This document shows, one piece after another, positions 21,143-29,197 of a stretch of DNA of 64,000 nucleotides. The stretch is from contig OY782041.1 in NCBI GenBank assembly GCA_963677595.1, forward strand, positions 1,536,001 to 1,600,000, given 5' to 3'. The position numbers and the translations under genes are program-made. The notes beneath the pieces are model-generated. The model was not told the DNA's origin and did not search any database. It saw only the letters and a list, made by a program, of their open reading frames with translations. Source of the DNA: Spirochaetia bacterium. GTDB taxonomy: Bacteria; Spirochaetota; Spirochaetia; CAKZLE01. Position 1 is the stretch's first letter; each line of letters begins with the position of its first letter.

Positions 21143-22066
21143 TTAGAACTCCTGTTTCCGGAACTGTACTATCTGAAAGATTGTAACGATAAGGATCATG
21201 CAGAAAAGCAAACATGACAGTGCAGAAGCATACCCTGTCCTGAACAGGTTAAATCCGTTATAGTAGATGTAATAGACAAGAACCTCAGTGGAAAACAACG
21301 GCCCACCTTTGGTTAATACATATATCTGATCAAAGACCTGGAAGGAACTGATCAGGTTGGTGACCAGAACAAACGATAGTGAAGGCAGCAGGTTCGGCAG
21401 TGCTATTGAGAAAAAACTCCGTACGCTTCCTGCCCCATCAATAGCTGCAGCTTCATAGTAGGTGTTCGGGATGTTTTTCAATCCAGCTAGCAGGATAACC
21501 ATGTTAAAACCTACGGACTTCCAGAGACTAATCAATATAACGGTTGGCATAGCTCGATCTGTATCCTGTAACAGTGAGATTGAAGGAACTCCAAACTTCT
21601 CAAGAAATGCAAATATAATACCTACATTTGGATCAAGGATAAAACGCCATCCTATCGCGACTATCGACATCGAGGTTATCGCCGGCAGGAAAAGAAAGGA
21701 TTGAAAAATCTTCTCCTGCCTGCCGGAAATACTGTCTATTGCGACTGCTATAGATAATGAAATAACAACTAAAAGGGGAACATACAGACCGGTAAAATAC
21801 CATGTTTGTTTCACAGCATTGTAAAACCGATCTGTCTGAAAAGCTTCTCGATAATTTGCCAGACCTGCAAAATCCTGAGTGTTTTTCAGCAGGTTTGCAT
21901 CAAATAGACTGAGATAGCCTGAATTCAAGATCGGATATATCACAAAGATGCCTAACACAAGCAGACTCGGCAGTACCATGAAAAATCCACTTCGTGCAAT
22001 GTTTTTTTCAAGACTGAATGTCTGCTTCCTAAAGCCCATACTCATACTTGTTCCCCTTTTTATCAT
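21143..22066 (-). CDS. Carbohydrate ABC transporter permease (MalF-like)
   Basis: YEAAAIDGA EAA loop, FQVFDQIYVLTKGGP, GYASA. Confidence 0.93.
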   Translation of the reverse strand: MIKRGTSMSMGFRKQTFSLEKNIARSGFFMVLPSLLVLGIFVIYPILNSGYLSLFDANLLKNTQDFAGLANYREAFQTDRFYNAVKQTWYFTGLYVPLLVVISLSIAVAIDSISGRQEKIFQSFLFLPAITSMSIVAIGWRFILDPNVGIIFAFLEKFGVPSISLLQDTDRAMPTVILISLWKSVGFNMVILLAGLKNIPNTYYEAAAIDGAGSVRSFFSIALPNLLPSLSFVLVTNLISSFQVFDQIYVLTKGGPLFSTEVLVYYIYYNGFNLFRTGYASALSCLLFCMILIVTIFQIVQFRKQEF

Positions 22067-22071
22067 ATAAC

Positions 22072-23337
22072 CTAATCTGCCAGTATCTCAGCCAGCCGTG
22101 CATGAGCATCAGTTAGGGCCTGCCGTGGAGTCTTCAGGGATCGTGTTACCTCTTCAAACAGCGGAGTGAGAACCTCTTCTTCAATCTGTGAGGCTTTTAT
22201 CTGACCTGACAGATATGTTTTTGCAAATGCAGCAGATTCTATAAAGAACTTAAGATCCTCATTTGTTGCCAACTCTCCAGTAGTCGCATCTAAATCAGTA
22301 CGAGTCGGGGGAAAGGCTACAGTTGAAGCCCAATAGGTCTGCATTTCAGTACTATTCCAGTATTCCATGAATTTCCATGCCTCATCTTTAGCTTTTGAAT
22401 CAGCATTCATGACTATTACCGTATCACCACACCAGGTCATGGGGCCAATCGGCCCAGCCGGGAGTTTTGCTATTCCAAGGTCAATGCCAGCACCTCTGAA
22501 CCCGTTGATTGCCCAAGGGCCGTTCCATTCGATAGATGCTTTCCCTGCAGCAAATAGATTATCCGCTTCCTGACCTGTCAATCCTAAAGGGGATACCGTA
22601 TCATTAGCAAAAGCTTTCTGGACAAATTCCATTGCAGCAAGGGCTTCCGGGGTATTGAGGCCGCTCATCCCATCAGCAGTCACAATATCAGCACCATATG
22701 CCCAGAGAATAACCGGAAGCATAGGGACTGTTGCCTTTACACCAAAAGCCTGAGGATACACCTCAACGCCTGATGCATTCTTCTGCAGTAAAGCCTTCCA
22801 GACTTCCTCCAGTTCAGCATAATCTGCAGGAGGGTTTTCCGGATCCAAGCCTGCCTGTCGGAAATGGTCCTTATTATAATACATGACCATTGAGGCAAAT
22901 CCCATAGGTACTCCATAGATTGACCCCTCAAAACTTGCTCCATCCAGAAGCCCCGCTACCAGATTGTCCTTACTGATTTCACTGCTTGAAGCCAGATAAT
23001 CATCAAGTTTCTGCAAACGACCTGCATCTGCATATTCAGGGACTCTTGAGATTGAATATCCTATGATATCGGGCCCATTACCTGCTACCAAAGCTGACAT
23101 CAGCTTCTGATATAGAGAATCCCATGGCATGATTTCCATCTTGATCTGTATATCATCATGGCTTTCATTGAATGTTGCTACTATCTGCTCCACTGCTGGT
23201 CTATCTGGTCCTGTATAACCATTCCAGAATACAACTTCAGTTACTGAACTCTCTTCTTTTTGTCCCTGAGCCCACACACATGCCATTGTTGAAAGCAGAA
23301 TCATCAGAATCATCATTCCAATTCTAATCCGTTTCAT
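22072..23337 (-). CDS. Sugar ABC transporter substrate-binding protein
   Basis: Spirochaete-style signal (VWAQGQKE), YYNKDHF..AGLDP..PP, FAAGKAS...GPW. Confidence 0.92.
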   Translation of the reverse strand: MKRIRIGMMILMILLSTMACVWAQGQKEESSVTEVVFWNGYTGPDRPAVEQIVATFNESHDDIQIKMEIMPWDSLYQKLMSALVAGNGPDIIGYSISRVPEYADAGRLQKLDDYLASSSEISKDNLVAGLLDGASFEGSIYGVPMGFASMVMYYNKDHFRQAGLDPENPPADYAELEEVWKALLQKNASGVEVYPQAFGVKATVPMLPVILWAYGADIVTADGMSGLNTPEALAAMEFVQKAFANDTVSPLGLTGQEADNLFAAGKASIEWNGPWAINGFRGAGIDLGIAKLPAGPIGPMTWCGDTVIVMNADSKAKDEAWKFMEYWNSTEMQTYWASTVAFPPTRTDLDATTGELATNEDLKFFIESAAFAKTYLSGQIKASQIEEEVLTPLFEEVTRSLKTPRQALTDAHARLAEILAD

Positions 23338-23349
23338 ATCTCCTCCTAT

Positions 23350-23482
23350 ATATCCATATTTCTGGATATTTTAAATTTGTTTATTATATTATTATGATAT
23401 GTATCACTTGTCAAGAAAACTATATCAAATATTTTGAATAGTTACGACTGTTTTCCTTGTTTATATCATGTTTTTTTGATAT
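23350..23482. promoter_or_regulatory. Divergent promoter region with repeated ATATCA-N8-TGATAT-like operators
   Basis: ATATCCATATTTCTGGATAT 23350-23369, ATATCATGTTTTTTTGATAT 23463-23482, weaker ATATCAAATATTTTGAATAG 23422-23441; minus-strand TTGACA (23409-23414), 17 bp, TAATAT. Confidence 0.6.
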
Positions 23483-23491
23483 TCTTAGTCC

Positions 23492-24430
23492 ATGAATACT
23501 GAACAACCCAAAATATTAGTCAAAGACCTCCATGATTCTGGTGTGATCATCAAAGCAATGAATTCAGAATTACGAAGAAGCATACTCGGACTTCTGATAA
23601 AGCAGGCTTTGAATATTAATGAAATTGCTGAAGCACTTGATATACCACAATCCACCTGTGCAACTAATGTAAAAATGCTGGAAGAGGCTGGCATTCTGAC
23701 TGTCCAACAGCTGCCAGCCAAGAAAGGCTCTCAGAAGGTGTGTTCCGTTTCATGCAGTGAGATCGTCATACAGCTTTTTGATGTTAAGAGTAAAGAGATC
23801 TCAAACTCCATTGAGACCGAAATGCCTATCGGTATGTATACAAATTATCAGGTCTCGCCGCCATGCGGGTTAGTTTCGGATACTTCAGTTATTGGGTTCT
23901 ATGATAATACTAATTCCTTTCTGGACCCTCATAGGGCACATGCTCAACTCATCTGGTTCAAAGATGGTTTTCTGGAGTATCGGTTCCCCATCAACACTCC
24001 TGCCCGTAGAAAGATAAGCGGGGTATCTGTCATAGCTGAGGTCTGTTCAGAGTTCCCCGGTTATAATAGTCATTGGCCATCTGATATCACCGTTTGGATA
24101 AATTCATCAGAAATTGGAACGTGGACCAGTCCAGGTGATATGGGAGGAGAACGAGGCATCCTCACCCCAGACTGGTGGAGCAGTAGAGACACTCAATATG
24201 GTTTCAAGAAGACCTGGAATGTCACTTCGGAAGGATCATTCATTGATGGTGTCAATTCGAATAATGTTACCTTGATGGATCTTGAGTTAGAACATTGTGA
24301 ACATATCACAATACGTTTTGGGATCAAAGATTCAGCCGAAAATCGCGGCGGTTTAAATCTTTTTGGGAAAACTTTCGGTAATTATGATAATGATATTATT
24401 TTAAGGCTGGATTTAGAAAATTCAGATTAA
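23492..24430 (+). CDS. ArsR-HTH transcriptional regulator with C-terminal ligand-binding domain (COG4189-like)
   Basis: N-terminal HTH (LNINEIAEALDIPQST...LEEAGI), MPIG.Y....V.PPCG, EVCSEFPGYN..WPSDIT, GTWTSPGD.G..RG.LTP.WW. Confidence 0.85.
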   Translation: MNTEQPKILVKDLHDSGVIIKAMNSELRRSILGLLIKQALNINEIAEALDIPQSTCATNVKMLEEAGILTVQQLPAKKGSQKVCSVSCSEIVIQLFDVKSKEISNSIETEMPIGMYTNYQVSPPCGLVSDTSVIGFYDNTNSFLDPHRAHAQLIWFKDGFLEYRFPINTPARRKISGVSVIAEVCSEFPGYNSHWPSDITVWINSSEIGTWTSPGDMGGERGILTPDWWSSRDTQYGFKKTWNVTSEGSFIDGVNSNNVTLMDLELEHCEHITIRFGIKDSAENRGGLNLFGKTFGNYDNDIILRLDLENSD

Positions 24431-24582
24431 TTCTTTGGTGCTGACAGACTATGATACATGCCTCGTGGTAAGTGAATATTCGAATACTTGCGCACCCTCG
24501 CAAATACAGCACCTCCAATCTCACAAGTTATCTCAATTGAGAATTGGTTATAGGTTAAATCCTATTTGTTTCCATCCAAGGA

Positions 24583-24709
24583 CCTGATCGTCACCTGTGA
24601 ATACTACAAGACCGGGCTCTCCGCATCATTCAGGGCTGTCATGCCGGCTGCTGCCGCCATGCTCGTTGTCGCATACCTCTATATGCAGCTGCTCACGTTC
24701 CTGTTCTAG
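24583..24709 (+). repeat. Direct repeat copy 2 (orphan 3' end of DUF401 gene), right island boundary
   Basis: See copy 1; reading frame stays open to a TAG stop. Confidence 0.95.
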
Positions 24710-24745
24710 AGGAGATCTGTGAAGAATGTATCTCTAGGGACACCA

Positions 24746-24781
24746 TTGACTTTTCGGTAACACAACATTATTGTTGTGTTA
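24746..24781 (+). promoter_or_regulatory. Leaderless-type promoter overlapped by a palindromic operator
   Basis: TTGACT, 17 bp, TATTGT, 6 nt, ATG; TAACACAACA-ttat-TGTTGTGTTA inverted repeat at 24758-24781. Confidence 0.7.
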
Positions 24782-25232
24782 TGATACCAGCCTTAATTCA
24801 TCAACCTGGAGCTCCTTGGAAGAATTCGGGTCAGCTTTTGCGGTGAATCCCCTACGGAGGAATCAGTATAGGGACTGCTAAGGGCATTACTGCTATTACA
24901 ACGGGCTGGATGTCAGACTGTGTATGTAGATGGCAGTTATGTCACAGAGAAACCTGATCCTGGAGACTACGATGCATGTTGGGCTTCAGCAGGGTGGACG
25001 GGATACGCTTGATCCTGTCTTCCTTGATTTCGCTGACCTGAGAAAGAACCAGAAATCCAGGTTCGAGGGAGAATTCTTCCCCGCTGAATGCAGGGCAGAT
25101 CAACATGGCCGAACTTTCATTGATTTCTTTCAAGTTGAAAAATATACTGGAGCCAAGAAAGGGATTATTGAGATAGTGTTATCCAAAGAAGATATCATGT
25201 CACAGCTGGAGGTATGGTATGATTCTCAATGA
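24781..25232 (+). pseudogene. DUF6932-like (nucleotidyltransferase-fold) gene broken by frameshifts
   Basis: Segments in shifting frames: MIPALIHQPGAPWK / FAVNPLRRNQY / GLLRALLLLQRAGCQTVYVDGSYVTEKPDPGDYDACW / DTLDPVFLDF...FEGEFFP...TFIDFFQVEKYTGAKKGIIEI. Confidence 0.72.
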
Positions 25233-26493
25233 ACGACAATATAAGATCACCTCAAGGACAGTAACTGACTTAACAGGAGCATTAGCTGTAGAGGTCCATG
25301 ATAATGAGACTCCTGAGTGGCTGCATACAGCCCATGTTGAAGCCCTGAAGAGCCAGATCAATGAGCTTACCGCACAGGTCAGGGAATATGAGTTATTGAG
25401 GAATGGCAATAAAACTGTCTCCATCAATTCAGACCTTCAGGACCTTCCATTATCGATGATCCGTGCACGGGTAGCCCACCATATGACACAGGCAGAGTTA
25501 GCAGCTAAGATCGGAGTCAGTGAACAGCAGATTCAACGCTACGAATCCTCCAGATACCAGGGAGTCAGTCTTTCCAGGCTCATTGAGATAACTACCGTGT
25601 TGGGCATCAGGTTCCAGGAATCCTGGGAGACAGGACAAGGACCCCAAGAGGATCTTATTCTTGTATGGAATGACCTCATTTCCCTGAATTGGAACAATTT
25701 CCCCATACAGGAGTTACTGCGAAGGGAATGGATCAGGACAGAGGATACGGTATCTTCTCTGTCAGCAATCCGTACCTTTATTGTTGGTTCATTCGGGCAG
25801 CAGCTTTCCCATACCTTCCAGCGGAAAAAATACCATGGGAGTAATACCCCGGATGCGTATGCTCTCCTAGCCTGGCAGGCCAGGGTGCTGAATACAGCCA
25901 GAGAGGAACTTGATCGAGGGGGTGTTCCTGAGTTCATCAAGAGGGATGATTGGCTCAACCAGATGGTATCGTTAAGTCTCTTGGAAGACCCCCTTCCAAA
26001 AGTCAAGCATGAGCTGCTGGCCCATGGGATAGTGCTGGTAATAGAAGAACATCTTCCTGGGACTTACCTTGACGGGGCAGCAATGAGACTAGAGACCGGC
26101 CATCCTGTTGTAGCTTTGACTTTACGGCAGGATCGTCTGGACCAGTTCTGGTTCGTGTTATTTCATGAACTGGCACATGTGTTCCTGCATCTGGATATCT
26201 TTATCGGCCTGGATTATTTTGATGAGTACGATACATGCAAAGGGGATTCCCTAGAGATGGAAGCGGAAATATATGCTCTTGATACCTTACTACCGGAAAG
26301 ATCCTGGAACAGCTGCATTTCCAGATCCCTGCCCACGGAGACTTCGATCAAGGCAGATGCTGATCGACTTGGCATCCACCCCAGTATCATTGCCGGCAGG
26401 ATCAGGAAAGAACACATCGATGTCCCACTACCCCCTTCCCTGGTGGGGCTGCATTCGGTGAGAAAACAGTCCGGACTGGGAAAAGCACAGTAA
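25219..26493 (+). CDS. XRE-family HTH fused to ImmA/IrrE (DUF955) metallopeptidase domain
   Basis: MTQAELAAKIGVSEQQIQRYE HTH; YLDGAA...PVVALTLR.DRLD.FWFVLFHELAH (HExxH) and downstream E.EA. Confidence 0.88.
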   Translation: MILNERQYKITSRTVTDLTGALAVEVHDNETPEWLHTAHVEALKSQINELTAQVREYELLRNGNKTVSINSDLQDLPLSMIRARVAHHMTQAELAAKIGVSEQQIQRYESSRYQGVSLSRLIEITTVLGIRFQESWETGQGPQEDLILVWNDLISLNWNNFPIQELLRREWIRTEDTVSSLSAIRTFIVGSFGQQLSHTFQRKKYHGSNTPDAYALLAWQARVLNTAREELDRGGVPEFIKRDDWLNQMVSLSLLEDPLPKVKHELLAHGIVLVIEEHLPGTYLDGAAMRLETGHPVVALTLRQDRLDQFWFVLFHELAHVFLHLDIFIGLDYFDEYDTCKGDSLEMEAEIYALDTLLPERSWNSCISRSLPTETSIKADADRLGIHPSIIAGRIRKEHIDVPLPPSLVGLHSVRKQSGLGKAQ

Positions 26494-26527
26494 GGAACCG
26501 CTCTTCAACCTGAATCAAACGTAATGA

Positions 26528-26562
26528 CGGGGCCATACCCTCCTTACGAGAATACGGCCCCG
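26528..26562. terminator. Hairpin between convergent genes
   Basis: CGGGGCCATA...TACGGCCCCG stem (G-U pair on the minus strand), downstream of gpmI. Confidence 0.5.
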
Positions 26563-26583
26563 CTCGTTCTTATCAGATACTGT

Positions 26584-28236
26584 CTACTTGAACTTCAGCA
26601 CGCTCTGGTCGTAATCCTCCGGTGCCTCGAAGCCGAGCATCTCGATACAGGTCGCTGAGAGCGAGCTGATCCCGAGTCCCTCGTTGAGTTCGAGTTCGTA
26701 CTCTCCCGCATAGGCAGGGTCGTAGATGATGCAGGGAACCGGGTTGAGGGAGTGTGCGGTCTTTGCGGCAGGCTTCCCGTCATCCTTGATCTTCACTGAA
26801 CCGTTCTTCTTGTTATGCTCGAACATATCATCGGAGTTCCCGTGGTCAGCGCTGATGATCATCACGCCGCCTGCGGCCTCGATGGCCTTCTTGATCCTGC
26901 CGATCTGCAGGTCCATGGCCTCCATGGAACAGATGACTGCCTCATACACACCGGTATGGCCTACCATGTCGCCGTTCGGGAAGTTGAGCTTGATCAGCTG
27001 GTACTCACCTGACTGGACCTCAGCGATCACCCGGTCGGCGATCTCCGCACACTTCATCCACGGCCGCTGCTCGAAGGGGAGGATGTCAGACGGGATCTCG
27101 ACATACTCCTCGAGCTCCTCGCTGAACTTACCGCTCTTGTTCCCGTTGAAGAAGTAAGTGACATGGCCGAACTTCTGGGTCTCGCTGATGGAGAACTGCT
27201 TCACCCCTGATGCACAGAGGTACTCAGCCATCGTCCGGTCGATCGAGGGGGGTGAAACAAGGTACTGCTTCGGGACATGGAGGTCACCGTCGTACTCCAT
27301 CATCCCGGCATACTCGACCTTCGGGACACGAACCCGGTCGAACTCCTTCAGTTCCGCAGCCTCGAAGGCCTTGGTGATCTCAAGCGCCCGGTCTCCCCGG
27401 AAGTTGAAGAGGATGACGCTGTCGCCGTCCTGCATCGCACCAACCGGCTTCCCGTCTTCGGCTATGACGAATGGGGGAAGGTCCTGGTCGATCGCACCGG
27501 TCTCATTCCTGAGCGTCTCGATCGCCTCATGGGCTGAGGGGAACATCCTCCCCTCACCAAGGACATGGGTATGCCAGCCCCTGTGGACCATCGACCAATT
27601 TGCGTTGTACCGGTCCATGGTGATCACCATCCTCCCGCCGCCGGAAGCGATCTTCGCGGAGAAGGAGTCATCACTCTGTTCCTTGCAGAACTCATCGAAG
27701 GGGTCGAAGTACTCGAGTGCCGAGGTCTCGCCGACATCACGTCCGTCGAGCAGTCCATGGACCCTGACGGCCTTCACACCGGATTCCTTCGCTTTCAGGA
27801 CCATCGACTTCAGGTGGTTGATGTTCGAGTGGACATTCCCGTCGGACATCAAGCCGATGAAGTGAAGGGTACCTTCTGAATCGAGGCAGTTCGCTACCAG
27901 CTTCTTCCAGACGTCCCCCTCATAGATCGCCCCGGTCTCGATCGACTGGCCGACGAGTTTCGCACCCTGTGCGAAGACCCTGCCGCAGCCGATGGCATTA
28001 TGCCCTACCTCGCTGTTCCCCATGTCATCGTCTGAAGGGAGGCCGACAGCAGTGCCGTGGGCCTTGAGCTTGGTCCAGGGTGAGACTTTGTAAAGATCAT
28101 CAAGTGCCTCAGTATGTGCTGCAAGGACGGCATCCCCCTCTGCATACTTGCCGAACCCGACACCATCCATGATCATCAGGACTACCGGTCCCTTTCTTCC
28201 TGGGAACTTCGCGTGCTTCCGTAAAGCTTCTACCAT
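26584..28236 (-). CDS. gpmI: 2,3-bisphosphoglycerate-independent phosphoglycerate mutase
   Basis: MDGVG, MGNSEVGH, SDGNVHS, DGRD, NGDMVGHTG, ADHGN. Confidence 0.96.
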   Translation of the reverse strand: MVEALRKHAKFPGRKGPVVLMIMDGVGFGKYAEGDAVLAAHTEALDDLYKVSPWTKLKAHGTAVGLPSDDDMGNSEVGHNAIGCGRVFAQGAKLVGQSIETGAIYEGDVWKKLVANCLDSEGTLHFIGLMSDGNVHSNINHLKSMVLKAKESGVKAVRVHGLLDGRDVGETSALEYFDPFDEFCKEQSDDSFSAKIASGGGRMVITMDRYNANWSMVHRGWHTHVLGEGRMFPSAHEAIETLRNETGAIDQDLPPFVIAEDGKPVGAMQDGDSVILFNFRGDRALEITKAFEAAELKEFDRVRVPKVEYAGMMEYDGDLHVPKQYLVSPPSIDRTMAEYLCASGVKQFSISETQKFGHVTYFFNGNKSGKFSEELEEYVEIPSDILPFEQRPWMKCAEIADRVIAEVQSGEYQLIKLNFPNGDMVGHTGVYEAVICSMEAMDLQIGRIKKAIEAAGGVMIISADHGNSDDMFEHNKKNGSVKIKDDGKPAAKTAHSLNPVPCIIYDPAYAGEYELELNEGLGISSLSATCIEMLGFEAPEDYDQSVLKFK

Positions 28237-28240
28237 TACA

Positions 28241-29197
28241 TTACTCCTTCGTGAGAAGATCTTCGGTCACCCCGAAGTTCTCGTATCGTTCTATATTACC
28301 TTCCGGTTCGACATGGATCGTCACGTCATATATCTGGGGGATAGCCTTCCGGAGGGCTTTCTCCGTCTCTATCGCTATCCCGTGCCCTTCTGCCACTGTC
28401 AATGAACCGTCCACTTCAATATCCATATCAATTATATAGACATTATTCAACTTCCTGATCCTGGTTTTATGCGGATTGACCACCCCAGGGACCTCCCGGG
28501 TCACCTTGAAGACCTGCCCATAGATCTCGGGTGAGTCCAGCCCATCCATGAGCTCTACCGATGCCTCCGAGAAGATCTCGAAGGCGGACTTCAGGATCCA
28601 GAGGCTGACGATGATGGTGGTGACCCGGTCGAGGATCGGCAGGTCCAGCACGATGGTGAAGAAGACCCCGACCAGGACGCTGACCGAGATCAGGACATCG
28701 TTCACCATGTTCTTTGCGTCAGCCATGAGCATGGAACTCATGACCTTCTTCCCCGCCTTATGCTTGTTCAAGGCAAGGAGGACCTTCCCGACGATCGAGA
28801 TCCCGATCGCCACGAAGGCCACCGAGGTCGGGACCTCCCTCACTTCCCCGCTGACCAGCTGCTTCACCGCAGTGAGCCCGAGCTGGGCACCGGCGAAGAA
28901 GATGATGAACGAGAGGAGTTTGGTCGCGATCGTCTCGGCCCGAGCATGTCCGTAGGGGTGCTCGAGGTCTGGAGGCTTGTTCGAGATCCTTCCCGTGAAC
29001 AGGGTGATCCCCGAGGTGAGCACATCGGTCGAGGAGTCTATACCGTCCCCGATGAGGGCGAAGGAACCGCTGATGAACCCGATCACGATCTTGATCACGG
29101 AGAGCAGCAGGTTCCCGATGATCCCTATCCAGGAAGTCCTCCGGATGATCCGCTCCCGCTGTTCACCTACAGCGGTGCTGTCTTGGCTCCCAGCCAT
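28241..29197 (-). CDS. Cation diffusion facilitator family transporter
   Basis: S.ALI.DG.DS..D, PPDLEHPYGHARAE, C-terminal dimerisation domain ...IHVEP. Confidence 0.92.
   Translation of the reverse strand: MAGSQDSTAVGEQRERIIRRTSWIGIIGNLLLSVIKIVIGFISGSFALIGDGIDSSTDVLTSGITLFTGRISNKPPDLEHPYGHARAETIATKLLSFIIFFAGAQLGLTAVKQLVSGEVREVPTSVAFVAIGISIVGKVLLALNKHKAGKKVMSSMLMADAKNMVNDVLISVSVLVGVFFTIVLDLPILDRVTTIIVSLWILKSAFEIFSEASVELMDGLDSPEIYGQVFKVTREVPGVVNPHKTRIRKLNNVYIIDMDIEVDGSLTVAEGHGIAIETEKALRKAIPQIYDVTIHVEPEGNIERYENFGVTEDLLTKE

Larger units (their letters stand above)
17083..24582. mobile_element. Genomic island (sugar uptake/catabolism), no integrase or transposase
   Basis: Abrupt drop in GC and change in codon style relative to the flanks; bracketed by the 127-bp direct repeat. 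Confidence 0.8.

Noticed and set aside
24431-24582. Short palindromes TATTCGAATA and TCTCAATTGAGA near the right island end as recombination (attC-like) sites
   Set aside because: Short, in AT-rich DNA, no counterpart at the left end and no integron-type structure
17080-24583. Island as a non-autonomous cargo element mobilised by the IS1634 transposase (127-bp repeat as a long target duplication)
   Set aside because: The island ends (GAGGTACTCAATAGG... / ...TTTCCATCCAAGGA) do not match the IS ends (CCGGACTTTGACAG / CTGCCAAAGACAGG) and are not convincing inverted repeats of each other
24930-25232. 100-aa ORF as an independent intact gene
   Set aside because: Its first ~24 codons are out-of-frame read-through; it is the last segment of the frameshifted DUF6932-like gene starting at 24781
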